A stretch of DNA of 64,000 nt, taken from positions 1-64,000 of the forward strand of contig NIVC01000510.1 of assembly GCA_002269645.1 (NCBI GenBank). Reading direction: 5' to 3'. Source of the DNA: Macrostomum lignano. Taxonomy: Eukaryota. Positions 1 through 13,085 of the stretch are shown one piece after another (position 1 is the stretch's first letter; the number at the start of each line of letters is the position of its first letter). Under the pieces are notes generated by a model, which ran no database searches, was not told the origin of the DNA, and worked only from the letters and a program-made list of their open reading frames with translations. The translations under genes and the position numbers were made by a program.

Positions 1-430
1 TACAAACCATATGGTGTACATTACTGCAGTTGATGTACAATGTACATAACTACCAATGTACAAAACATGTGCGGTGTACATTACTATCAATGTACAAAGC
101 ATTAGATGTACATTACTATCAATGTACAAAGCATGTGATGTACATTACTATCAATGTACAAAGCATGTGATGTACATTACTATCAATGCTACAAAGCATG
201 TGATGTACATTACTATCAATGTACAAAGCATGTGATGTACATTACTATCAATGTACAAAGCATTTGATGTACATTACTATCAATGTACAAAGCATGTGAT
301 GTACATTACTATCAATGTACAAAGCAGGTGATGTACATTACTGCAGTTGATGTACAATGTACATAACTACCAATGTACAAACATGTGGTGTACATTACTG
401 CACGGTGGTGTACATTACTATCAATGTGCA
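1..430. repeat. 32-bp minisatellite (TGATGTACATTACTATCAATGTACAAAGCATG)
   Basis: Tandem units seen directly; degenerate at both ends. Confidence 0.9.
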
Positions 431-884
431 AACCAAAGCCACACCTTTTGGAAGCAGAATATAAGGTAATAAATGAAATAGAAATAGCAAAATGAATCAA
501 ATTGATTAAGCACGCAGATCAGGTATCTGAAGAGCCAAGCAGGTCTGGAAAGAAAGCTACAAATAGATCAGAAGACAAAGGAAAACAAAAAAAGCTGAGC
601 CACTAAAAAATGCTTGAAAGTGGCTTAAAGTTATAAACGGACACAAATTTAGGAATCGATAAAATCCAAATTATTTAAATTGATTAATATATCAAATTAG
701 AGTTACTGAGATAAGAGCTGTCACCCAATTTAGAGATAAGGGTCACTATGGCGGCGCGAACTCAAGTAAATAATTGAGGGACACGAAGCTGGTTAAAAGC
801 AAATTCTTGGCCAGCGCTTTTACAATCGTAACTTTAATTTTTCTGGTTCTTTTTCAGTAACATTAATACAACAAAGGCGATACA

Positions 885-1220
885 CTTCCGGTTTCGATTA
901 GTTGAGTACCGATTCACTTCCGGTTAGATTAGTGAGTACCGATTCACTTCTGGTTTGGATTACTTTATTTACCGATTCACTTCCGGTTTCGATTACTTTA
1001 ATTACCGATTCACTTCCGGTTTCGATTACTTTAATTACCGATTCACTTCCGGTTTCGATTACTTTAATTATCGATTCACTTCCGGTTTCGATTACTTTAA
1101 TTATCGATTCACTTCCGGTTTCGATTACTTTAATTACCGATTCACTTCCGGTTTCGATTACTTTAATTATCGATTCACTTCCGGTTTCGATTACTTTAAT
1201 TACCGATTCCCTTCCGGTTT
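885..1220. repeat. 33-bp minisatellite (ACCGATTCACTTCCGGTTTCGATTACTTTAATT), about 10 units
   Basis: Tandem units seen directly; explains the 11-aa-periodic ORFs 898-1260. Confidence 0.92.
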
Positions 1221-1342
1221 TAAAGCTCAAGCTTCAATTTTTTTAATCGACAATAAATAAACCACTTAAAACCCTTTGAAAGACTAAATACTGCAAATGT
1301 TTAACCAAATATATTCTTAGAAAGTACAGCATTGATCCATGA

Positions 1343-2666
1343 TCATTTTCGCCTCTCCTGCTTCTGCGTTCGCCGTTTCTCGGCCTCCTTTCTGGTCTCT
1401 TTAGCGACGCGCTGCTTCTCCCTGTCGGCCTTGTCTTTCTCCACCTTGCTGGCATGCTCCAGCTTCATTCGCTCCCGTTTCAGTCGCTCCTCGCTCTCCT
1501 TTGACGCCCGATTGTTGATGGCCGGGCCTTTGTCGCCTGCCGCTAGCTCCACCTCGCCGTCACTGTCCGACACGTTAGCGTAGGCCTGGGGATTAGCGGA
1601 TTCAAGGCGCTTTGTTGGGCATGACTTGGGAATTTTCTAGTGTCAAATATCCAGGAGGCTGGGTCAGCACCTGGGGATCTGGGAGGCTGGCCCAGCAGCT
1701 GAGGATCAGGGAGGCTGGCCCAGCAACTGAGGATCTAGGAGGCTGGCCCAGCAACTAAGGATCTAGGAGGCTGGCCCAGCAACTGAGGAACTGAGGATCT
1801 GGGAGGCTGGCCCAGCAACTGAGGAACTGAGGATCTGGGAGGCTGGCCCAGCAACTGAGGAACTGAGGATCTGGGAGGCTGGTCCAGCAACTGAGGAACT
1901 GAGGATTTGGGAGGCTGGCCCAGCAACTGAGGATCTGGGAGACTGACCCAGCAACTGAGGATCTAGGAGGCTGGCCCAGCAACTAAGGATCTAGGAGGCT
2001 GGCCCAGCAACTGAGGAACTGAGGATCTGGGAGGCTGGCCCAGCAACTGAGGAACTGAGGATCTGGGAGGCTGGTCCAGCAACTGAGGAACTGAGGATTT
2101 GGGAGGCTGGCCCAGCAACTGAGGATCTGGGAGACTGACCCAGCAACTGAGGATCTGCGAGGTTGGGACAGCCGCAGCCTCACCTGCAAAATAATCTGCT
2201 TCTCATCCGACTGTTTGACCTGCTGCTGCTGCAGCGGCGGCGGCGGCTGCTGCTTGACGGTCATCTCGCGAACCTTAGCCAGCGCTTCCGCCTCAGCCGC
2301 GGTCAGCTCGGCCGAAGCTGAAGACGCGGCAGCAGCGGCGCCGGCAGATGCCGAAGCGTCCCGATTGAAGGCCTGGACAATCCGGCCAGCCAGAGCTTCG
2401 GCGTCGGCCTCGCTGGCAGCGGGCGGCAGCAGGCCGAACTCCTGGACGATGTCGCGGACCGAGTCGCGCTGAGCGTCGGCATCTTCGCCGCTGGCGGCGT
2501 CGGCTTCAAGGACGCCGGTCAAATAGTCCACTAAACTGGCGGCGTCAATATCCGGCGCGGCGGCGGCCGTCGGAGCCAGCTGGGCGATGGTGTCAGCCAG
2601 CCAGTCGGCGAATGATGTCGCCGTTGATGATGAAGCTGAGTCGGCATCGACCGCCGCTGTCGACAT
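1343..2666 (-). CDS. CCDC43: CCDC43-like coiled-coil protein, 2 coding exons (2666-2184, 1585-1343)
   Basis: GT donor after IILQ (2183) and AG acceptor (1586) join in phase 0. Motifs FADWL, YLTGVLE, ILQAYANVSDSD and C-terminal KEAEKRRTQKQERRK match my recollection of the CCDC43 family. Confidence 0.8.
1655..2160. repeat. 28/36-bp minisatellite (CAGCAACTGAGGATCTGGGAGGCTGGCC) filling the CCDC43 intron
   Basis: Tandem units seen; same family at 45480-45936. Confidence 0.92.
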
Positions 2667-2754
2667 TGCTGCTCCTGCTGCTTGAAGGTGTTGGAACTCG
2701 CTGGAAACAAATTTGTGAAGATTTGAGATTTTTAGTGCCCCTCTGTCGCCTCCA

Positions 2755-3170
2755 ACTACCCACCAGTGGAATCGCCCTCTCCTTAATTACCCTCCAGTGG
2801 AATCGCCCCCCTCCTTAATTACCCACCTGGGGAATCGCCCCCCTCCTTAATTACCCACCTGGGGAATCGCCCTCTCCTTAATTACCCACCAGTGGAATCG
2901 CCCTCTCCTTAATTACCCACCAGTGGAATCGCCCTCTCCTTAATTACCCACCAGTGGAATCGCCCTCTCCTTAATTACCCACCAGTGGAATCGCCCTCTC
3001 CTTAATTACCCACCAGTGGAATCGCCCCCCTCCTTAATTACCCACCTGGGGAATCGCCCCCCTCCTTAATTACCCATCTGGGGAATCAGCCCCCTCCTTA
3101 ATTACCCACCTGGGAATCGCCTCCACTTCCCAATTAATTGCCCTAATTACCCCCCTGGGGAATCGCCCTA
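2755..3170. repeat. 31-bp minisatellite (GGAATCGCCCTCTCCTTAATTACCCACCAGT)
   Basis: Tandem units seen between CCDC43 start and ABCB7 stop. Confidence 0.9.
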
Positions 3171-3573
3171 TGCACTAAATTATAAAAGAAATTTGGAAAA
3201 CAAAAACTTCAAAAACATTTTTGGCTCATTTACTATTTACTAATAAGAATAATAGACACGCCATTACATAATCTAATTCAACAATTCAATAACTTTTCGT
3301 ACGTTAATTTAAACAACATCTACATGTATTTACTAAAATAAGCATTCAAGTTAGCTTATGCAGAACACATTCTACTACGTACTTATTAAGAATATCCAGG
3401 GCTACAATAAATTGATTTGTTATCATATATCTATATCGCGCACTAACAATCTACTTGATGCCAAATGAGTATGTAAGCAAGGCAGTCAAGGAAGGCAACT
3501 TCGTAATTAAAAATGCTCCCCTATTTATGCTACTATTAAGTAGCACTGATCGCGTTTAGCACACAGTAGTAGT

Positions 3574-4859
3574 TCAAAATCCCTGAGCGCCTTTATTTTG
3601 CTCTCGCCACAGATGACTGTACAAGCTGTCTGGCTGGGCTATGAGCTCGTAGTGGTTGCCCTGCTCAACAACTCGACCGCCCTGCAGTACCAGGATTAGA
3701 TCGCTGTCAACCACTGTTGCCAGGCGGTGCGCAATCACGATTGAGGTTCGACCGCTGGAGGCGGCTTTTAGGGAGTCTGAAAATTAGCATGTAGTTAGCG
3801 GCATTGGAAGCGAACTTGAAGCGATTGAGTGCCAGCACTGTACTGCAGTCACCGATTCTTCAGGGATGGGTGTCGCTACCCTCCGATTCTTCAGGGATGG
3901 GTGTCGCTACCCTCCGATTCTTCAGGGATGGGTGTCGCTACCCTCCGATTCTTCAGGGATGGGTGTCGCCACCCCGATTCTACAGGGGTGGTGGGTGTCG
4001 CTACCCCCGATTCTACAGGGGTGGTGGGTGTCGCTACCCCGATTCTACAGGGGTGGGTGTCGCTACTACCCCGATTCTACAGGGGTGGGTGTCGCTACCC
4101 TCCGATTCTTCAGGGGTGGTGGGTGTCGCTACCCTCCGATTCTTCAGGGGTGGTGGGTGTCGCTACCCTACGATTCTTCAGGGGTGGTGGGTGTCGCTAC
4201 CCTCCGATTCTTCAGGGGTGGTGGGTGTCGCTACCCTCCGATTCTTCAGGGTTGGTGCCACTTTTTTAGGAGTGGGTGCCGCTACTCATAGCATCTTCAG
4301 GTGTGTCGGCACCCCAGGAAACTTTTTAGACACTGGAGAGAAGTACAGACTTAGCTAGTAGAAAAACCAGACTTACTAAGAATATTCTTCTCTGTAATAG
4401 AATCCAGACTCGAAGTGGCCTCATCGTAGATAAGGATAGGCGCCTGTTTGAGCACGGCTCTAGCAATTGCTACTCGTTGTTTCTCTCCACCGCTAAGCTT
4501 GAGTCCCCGCTCGCCAACAACAGTATCGTACTGTCTCGGCATTCGCATAATTGAATCGTGAAGATCGGCTAGGCGGGCAGCGGCCTCCACCTGTTCGGGT
4601 GTGGCTGAGAGGTCGCCGTAGTGTATATTGTGACGAATGGTGTTGTTAAAGAGCACGCAGTCCTGTGGTGGGTTGTCGATAGGTCAGGTGAAGGGTGTTA
4701 GGAAATTGTGTTAAACTACTTACTACTACTACTTACTACTACGAGTAGTACTACAACTACTAACACTACTACTACTACTACTACTACCACTAACTACTAC
4801 TACTACTACTACTAGTAACTACTAACTACTACTACTACTAGTAACTACTACTACTTCTA

Positions 4860-4893
<34 letters not shown>

Positions 4894-4912
4894 GTAACTA
4901 CTACTACTTCTA

Positions 4913-4958
<46 letters not shown>

Positions 4959-5057
4959 ACTACTACTACTACTAACTACTACTACTACTAACTACTACTA
5001 CTACTACTAATAGTAACTACTAACTACTACTACTACTAGTAACTACTACTACTTCTA

Positions 5058-5109
<52 letters not shown>

Positions 5110-8100
5110 ACTACTACTACTACTAACTACTACTACTACTAACTACTACTACTACTACTAGTAACTACTACTACTTCTAACTACTACTACTGCAATTCCG
5201 AATACCCCTAGAATATTTTACCTGCGGTATAATAGAAACAGCTTTGCGCAGCTCGCCCAAACTAGCCTGCCGAATGTCCACACCATTAATGAGAATAGAA
5301 CCCGATTGGGCCTCAAAGAAGCGGTACAATAGTCGCACTATAGTTGACTTGCCGCTACCACTGCCGCCAACTAAAGCCACCTTCTTGCCGGAGGGCACAG
5401 TGAAGCTCAAGCCGGATAAAATGTCACTACCCGGAACGTAGCCAAAGTTAACATCGCGAAATTCCACTTCGGCTCGATCTGGCCTGGCATTCAGTTTCGG
5501 CTTAGCCTCATCTGCAGCATCATAATCAGACTGGCCGCGCAATTGCAACAGGCTGAACATGGCGTGCATATCAACTAAAGCTTGGCGCATATCCCGATAA
5601 ACTGAGCCAAGAAAGTTCAATGGTATTGTTAATTGAAACAATAGGCCGTTAACCATAACCAGATCGCCTATTGTCAGACTGCCGGCTGCTATGTCGTTGG
5701 CCGCTAGTAGCATTACAGCTGTTAATCCGGCGCTGAATATGGCGCTCTGGCCCCAGTTCAGCGCCGCTAGGCTGGTCTGAATGCGGAGCGATGCGCGTTC
5801 GTAGTCCTGCGGATATGGCATTTGGATTGGTGATCCATGACGGGACTGGGTAGATATGGCTGTGAGTCTGTCTACATGAGTAGATATGGCTGTGAGTCTG
5901 TCTACATGAGTAGATATGGCTGTGAGTCTGTCTACCTGAGTAGATATGGCTGTAGTAGATATGGCTGTGAGTCTGTCTACCTGAGTAGATATGGCTGTGA
6001 GTCTGTCTACCTGAGTAGATATGGCTGCGAGTCTATCTATCTACCTGAGTAGATATGGCTGTGAGTCTGTCTACCTGAGTAGATATGGCTGTGAGTCTGT
6101 CTACATGAGTAGATATGGCTGTGAGTCTGTCTACCTGAGTAGATATGGCTGTGAGTCTGTCTACCTGAGTAGATATGGCTGTGAGTCTGTCTACCTGAGT
6201 AGATATGGCTGTGAGTCTGTCTACCTGAGTAGATATGGCTGTGAGTCTGTCTACCTGAGTAGATATGGCTGTGAGTCTGTCTATCTACCTGAGTAGATAT
6301 GGCTGTGAGTCTGTCTATCTACCTGAGTAGATATGGCTGTGAGTCTGTCTACCTGAGTAGATATGGCTGTGAGTCTGTCTACCTGAGTAGATATGGCTGT
6401 GAGTCTGTCTACCTGAGTAGATATGGCTGTGAGTCTGTCTACCTGAGTAGATATGGCTGCGAGTCTATCTATCTACCTGAGTAGATATGGCTGTGAGTCT
6501 GTCTACCTGAGTAGATATGGCTGTGAGTCTGTCTACCTGAGTAGATATGGCTGCAAGTCTATCTCCCCAGGTAGAACTAGCTGCCAACCAATAAAGACTT
6601 ACCTTTAACAATCGGTCGTATTCGTCGGCCTCAAAGCGCTCATTATTAAAATACTTAACAGTCTCATAATTAATTAACGAATCAATAGCGTGATTGCCAG
6701 CCAAATTATCCGCCTTGTTCATCTGCTGACGAAATTTCGTGCGCCATTGGGTGAAGCTGAATGTGAAAGCCGCGTAGGAGGCGATGCTGGCGATGGCCAC
6801 CCAGGCGTAGGCTGGGCCGCACTTGTACCACAGAATGCCGGTTACTAGGGACACCTCCAGGGCGGTTGGCGCCACGTTAAATACTATTGCATTTAGTATG
6901 TAGTTGATGCCTCTGCGGGGTTGTGTGATTGGCGATTCTCATGGTGTGGGGTTTATTTATAATATTAATAATTGATTACACCTGCCCCAATTGGGCCAGA
7001 TGTGCAACCGACAGCTCAGCCGCAGCTATTGCACCGCGCATCTGAAGGCTGCGTACGGCTGTTCAGTCCAAGGACTGGGGGTCACCACACACAGCCTCAA
7101 TTGCCCCAGCTAATGCTGGCACCCATTTTACAGCTGGGTGAACTGAAGCAATGCAGAGTTAAGTGTCTTGCTCAAGGACACAAATTGTTACAGTTGGATC
7201 GGGAATCGAACCCCCGACCTTCAAGTCGTGGGTGCGACGCTTTAACCACTAGGCTACAACCCCAGGGTTTCTTAATGGGGGACAACTCTCATGGTGTGGG
7301 GTTTCTTGATGGGGGGCGAATCTCATGGTGTGGGGTTTCTTGATGGGGGGCGAATCTCATGGTGTGGGGTTTCTTGATGGGGGCGAATCTCATGGTGTGG
7401 GGTTTCTTGATGGGGGCGAATCTCATGGTGTGGGGTTTCTTGATGGGGGGCGAATCTCATGGTGTGGGGTTTCTTGATGGGGGGCGAATCTCATGGTGTG
7501 GGGTCTCTTGATGTGGGGCGATTCTCATGGTGTGGGGTCTCTTGATGTGGGGCGATTCTCATGGTGTGGGGTCTCTTGATGTGGGGCGATTCTCATGGTG
7601 TGGGGCGATACTCATGGTGTGGGGTTTCTTGATGCGTGGAGGGATTCTCATGGTGTTGGGTTTCTTGATGTGTGGGGCGATTCTCATGGTGTGGGGTTTC
7701 TTAATGGGGGCGATTCTCATGGTGTGGGGCGATTCTCATGGTGTGGGGCGATTCTCATGGTGTGGGGTCTCTTGATGTGGGGCAATTCTCATGGTGTGGG
7801 GTCGCTTGATGTGGGGCGATTCTCATGGTGTGGGGTCTCTTGATGTGGGGCGATTCTCATGGTGTGGAGCGATTCTCACCTGGTGCCCCGGTCAATAGCC
7901 CTGGACAGAGCCCCAGTCTGCCTATTCAGATGAAACTGCAAATCAAGGCTGTGCAGGTGCAGGAATACAGTTTTGGCTACACGGCGAATCGAGTCCTGAG
8001 CAACGCGGGCGAATACCGCATTACGGAGTTCGTTAAAACCGCTAGCGGTTGCCCTGGCAACGCCGTAGGACGCGATAAGGCCAGTAACTGAGAACAACGC

Positions 8101-8354
8101 GGCGGCCACAACAGGTGCACCATCGCCTACAGCGGAACCTATGGCCGTGTTGGCGTCATTGACTGCGTCCACTGCGTACTTGAATAGGAAGGGAACCTGC
8201 GGTTGGGAGGGGAGGCGGCGCTGTTTAAGAATTTGCAAACAATTGGACTTCGATATTTGATTCGTGTGTAGGCAGACCTCCACAGACAGAGAGGCATTAC
8301 GCGTATATATGTAGAAACATCTGTAACACAGACATTAGACAGCAGACCTAATGG

Positions 8355-8403
<49 letters not shown>

Positions 8404-8434
8404 GGCAAGCAGACAGATCTAGAAAGACACACTA

Positions 8435-8465
<31 letters not shown>

Positions 8466-8524
8466 TACACACAGACAGACAGACAGACAGACAGGCAAGC
8501 AAACAGATCTAGAAAGACACACTA

Positions 8525-8577
<53 letters not shown>

Positions 8578-8585
8578 CACAGAGT

Positions 8586-8616
<31 letters not shown>

Positions 8617-9714
8617 CACAGAGTACAGACAGACAGACAGACAGGCAAGCAGACAGATCTAGAAAGACATACTAAGACAGACAGACAGACAGACACAAAG
8701 ACAGAAAGAAAGGCAGACAGACAGACAGACAGACACAGACAGACAGACACAAAGACAGACAGACACAAAGACAGAAAGAAAGGCAGACAGACAGACAGAC
8801 AGGCAGACAGACAGGCAGACAGACAGACAGACAGACAGACACAAAGACAGACAGACACAAAGACAGAAAGAAAGGCAGACAGACAGACAGACAGACAGAC
8901 ACACAGACAGACAGACACACAGACAGACAGACACTAAGACAGCAAGAAAGGCAGACAGACAGACAGACAGACACACAGGCACAGACAGACACTATGACAG
9001 AAAGGCAGACAGCATGAATTGAAGTTCAGTTTACAAAAATAAATATATTCGGGAAGGCTGCGGGCACACTGGAACAACGCCTTTGGCGACTTTGTCCCAC
9101 AGCCAGCGCTGACGGCAATTCTGCCCATTCTGCCGACTCCCGGAGTACATGCAAGCGCGCCAGTACTGTACGCAGGCACGCACTCATGCACACGCTCACA
9201 CAGGGTGTACAGGCATGAAAGTCAACCCCTTGGCCAAGCTTCGCGCACCAAAGGCCCCAAAACCCAGGGGGCAAGGGGAGGGGAGTTGTGGCGCGAGAGC
9301 CGGACGCTCAGACACTTAGACGCTCACCTGCACATTAACCAGCTTAGATCCGGCTAGCAGGCCCAAAGCTAGCAGCACTCTGGCCCGGATTCCCGGTTTA
9401 TCCTTCGGCCAGACAAAGTTCAGCATGTACTTCACGGTGCCCCATTCTGTGGATCGAACGGACTGTTTAGCGTCGATGTTGGTGCCGCCTAGACTTGAGT
9501 CGATATGGCCGTGTGAGCTGCACAGCCTGCGGCTCTGATTATTTTTCTGTTGCTGTTGCTGCTGCTGCGATTGCTGGCCAGCGTCCGGCAGCTGACGACG
9601 CGTTGCTAAGCAACGAGAATACTGCAGTACCAGGCTGACTGCGGGCGGCGGCGGCAACCGGCCCAGCAGGAGGCGATTGGCCAGCAGAACCCGAGAGCAC
9701 CCAATTAGCGACAT
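3574..9714 (-). CDS. ABCB7: Mitochondrial ABC half-transporter ABCB7/ATM1; exons 9714-9328, 8196-7880, 6912-6603, 5806-5222, 4662-4377, 3776-3574
   Basis: All introns GT-AG and in phase. Arg-rich presequence, [48 protein letters not shown], Walker [18 protein letters not shown], Walker [16 protein letters not shown]. Confidence 0.95.
3850..4255. repeat. 31-34-bp minisatellite (GGGTGTCGCTACCCTCCGATTCTTCAGGG) in ABCB7 last intron
   Basis: Tandem units seen. Confidence 0.9.
4725..5190. repeat. (CTA)n/(TAG)n microsatellite in ABCB7 intron
   Basis: Seen directly. Confidence 0.95.
5845..6570. repeat. 30-bp minisatellite (GAGTAGATATGGCTGTGAGTCTGTCTACCT) in ABCB7 intron
   Basis: More than 20 near-identical units. 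Confidence 0.95.
6957..7262 (-). mobile_element. tRNA-derived SINE, family A (full length)
   Basis: Minus strand begins GTTGTAGCCTAGTGG (A box) and has GGTTCGATTCC (B box). Central TGTGTCCTTGAGCAAGACACTTAAC...CAGCTGTAAAATGGG resembles CORE/V-type SINE domains. AT-rich tail. Copies at 41148 and 61269. Confidence 0.85.
7265..7880. repeat. ~33-bp minisatellite (CTCATGGTGTGGGGTTTCTTGATGGGGGCGAAT) in ABCB7 intron, interrupted by the SINE
   Basis: Units seen; one more unit at ~6930-6955 on the other side of the SINE. Confidence 0.9.
8355..9005. repeat. (GACA)n microsatellite in ABCB7 intron 1
   Basis: Seen directly. Confidence 0.95.
9051..9270 (-). mobile_element. Diverged copy of dispersed repeat family B (SINE-like)
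   Basis: Shares CATTCTGCCGACTCCC...CACAGGGTGTACAG with 27741-28097. Confidence 0.6.
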
Positions 9715-9849
9715 GCATTGTCGTGTAATAAGTAGTATATTTGGATTGCAGCATTGTTTATGAACTTTATTACGCAGCTTTCTACTGATTTCCAGGAAAA
9801 AGAATTCTACTAGATTCCAATAAACCTGATTCTACTCAGCATTTTAAGA

Positions 9850-10450
9850 AACCTGATAACACTGAATTCTAAAGAAACTTTATAATGCTGGATTCTAAGA
9901 AACTCGATAATGCTGGATTCTAAGAAACTTGATAATGCTGGATTCTAAGAAACCCGATGATGCTGTATTCTAAGAAACTTGATAATGCTGGATTCTAAGA
10001 AACTTAATAATTCTGGATTCTAAGAAAATTGATAATGCTGGATTCTAAGAAAATTGATAATGCTGGATTCTAAGAAACCCGGTATTACTGGATTCTAGCA
10101 AACCCGATAATTACTGGATTCTCAGAAACTCTATAATACTGGATTCTAAGAAAACCCAATAATTACTGGATTCTAAGAAAACCCGATAACTACTGGATTC
10201 AAAGAAAACTCGATAACTAGTGGATTCTAACAAAACTCGATAATTACAGGATTCTAAGAAAGCTAATTCTACTCTGGGTTCTAAGAAAGCTGGTTCTACT
10301 CTTAGATTTTAACAAACATGATTCTGCCCTATTATAAGAAATTTGACTCTCCTGGATTCTTAGAAACTCGATTCTACTCTGCATCATTATAAACGTGATT
10401 ATCTTGGATTCTAAAAAACCTGCTTCTACTAGATTCTATGAAAACTGATT
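9850..10450. repeat. ~25-bp degenerate minisatellite (GATAATGCTGGATTCTAAGAAACTT)
   Basis: Units seen, decaying to the right. Confidence 0.85.
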
Positions 10451-11288
10451 CTATGTGATCTTAAAAACCCTTTTGCACTCTTGCAACGTCAACTTTAGAA
10501 AATTTCTTTAATGAATAATTCTAACTGTTTATAATTATTAAATAACAAGGAGAGCAAATTAACAAACAAGCCAATCGCGTGGCCTTATAAAATATTCGAC
10601 ATATATTTTTATTGCACAACTGTATACGAGAAGAGAAAAAAAAGCAGAAAAACTTCGCCCCGACTATGATAATCATTGACACAAAAAGTAAAGGTAAACA
10701 CGCTTAGTTGCAGAAAGTACAGTGTGTGGGAAACGGCACACAGTTTAGGAAGCAACTTGCAATAGCAATACCATTGAGCAGTACAGTAATAAATCGTAAT
10801 AGCAAATTGTTGCACAAAAAATATATATAGCTTCAAGTCATGCTCGCAAAAGTCTACTCATAGTAGAGCAATAAACATTTCAAGTGTATTTTTCTAGACA
10901 AATTATAATAAAAGTTGAATTTTTTTAAAATTCGATAAATAAAAATAAAATAAGCACTGGGACACGTTTGAGAGGAAAAATTTATTTACAAGCTACTTTA
11001 GCAACTGCGAACAAATGCATGCCGAAAAATTGAATTATGATTTATACACAAAAAAACTAGCGAAACCGGTGTGAAAATTTGATTGCAATAAAAGTACATT
11101 AATAGATCGATATTTACCTTAGTTTTAATATACGTCGTTGCAAAAAAGTTTAAGAAACGAATGACATTAGATAAAATAACAGTAAATCATTGTTTGTATT
11201 TAAAATTCAAATACATTTTAATAAAATACTAACTTCGTTTTTTTGACGCCAATGCGGTCAATCTGGTCAAAAATATTTTTTCTCAAGC

Positions 11289-11442
11289 TCACGAATGCTT
11301 CATCTGATTGATGAACAGCTCAGCTGCTCGGGTCTTCTCGCCAAGTCTGGCCTGGCGCTTCTGTAGGAACTGCATCACCTCTACTGACTGCAGCAGGCCC
11401 TGCGGGTGATGGATGGATAGATAGATAGACAGACAGACAGAC

Positions 11443-11486
<44 letters not shown>

Positions 11487-11498
11487 GGATAGATAGAC

Positions 11499-11549
<51 letters not shown>

Positions 11550-11574
11550 TAGAGAGATAGATAGATAGATAGAC

Positions 11575-11624
<50 letters not shown>

Positions 11625-11696
11625 GGATAGATAGATAGATATATAGACAGATAGATAGATAGATAGATATATAGATAGATAGATAGATAGATAGAC

Positions 11697-11748
<52 letters not shown>

Positions 11749-11762
11749 GGATAGATAGATAC

Positions 11763-11847
<85 letters not shown>

Positions 11848-11892
11848 CAGATAGATGGATAGATAGATGGATAGATAGATGGATAGATAGAC

Positions 11893-11953
<61 letters not shown>

Positions 11954-12012
11954 TATAGACAGATAGATAGATAGATAGATATATAGATAGATAGATAGAT
12001 AGATAGATAGAC

Positions 12013-12071
<59 letters not shown>

Positions 12072-12072
12072 C

Positions 12073-12116
<44 letters not shown>

Positions 12117-12154
12117 GGATAGATAGATAGATGGATAGATAGATAGATAGATAC

Positions 12155-12219
<65 letters not shown>

Positions 12220-12264
12220 CAGATAGATGGATAGATAGATGGATAGATAGATGGATAGATAGAC

Positions 12265-12308
<44 letters not shown>

Positions 12309-12352
12309 GGATAGATAGATAGATATATAGACAGATAGATAGATAGATAGAT

Positions 12353-12383
<31 letters not shown>

Positions 12384-12418
12384 TAGATAGACAGATAGAT
12401 AGATAGATAGATAGATAT

Positions 12419-12455
<37 letters not shown>

Positions 12456-12456
12456 C

Positions 12457-12503
<47 letters not shown>

Positions 12504-12504
12504 C

Positions 12505-12540
<36 letters not shown>

Positions 12541-12582
12541 GGATAGATAGATAGATAGATGGATAGATAGATAGATAGATAC

Positions 12583-12636
<54 letters not shown>

Positions 12637-12637
12637 G

Positions 12638-12691
<54 letters not shown>

Positions 12692-12800
12692 CAGATAGAT
12701 GGATAGATAGATGGATAGATAGATGGATAGATAGACAGATAGATAGATAGATAGATAGATGGATAGATAGATAGATATATAGACAGATAGATAGATAGAT

Positions 12801-12831
<31 letters not shown>

Positions 12832-12840
12832 TAGATAGAC

Positions 12841-12883
<43 letters not shown>

Positions 12884-12954
12884 CAGACAGATAGATAGAT
12901 AGATAGATAGATAGATGGATAGATAGATAGATGGATAGATAGATAGATAGATAC

Positions 12955-13032
<78 letters not shown>

Positions 13033-13049
13033 GGATAGATAGATAGATG

Positions 13050-13085
<36 letters not shown>

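Noticed and set aside
7195-7262. tRNA genes (also 41390-41458, 61269-61335, 28030-28097)
   Set aside because: A/B boxes continue into shared SINE bodies; no complete acceptor stem.
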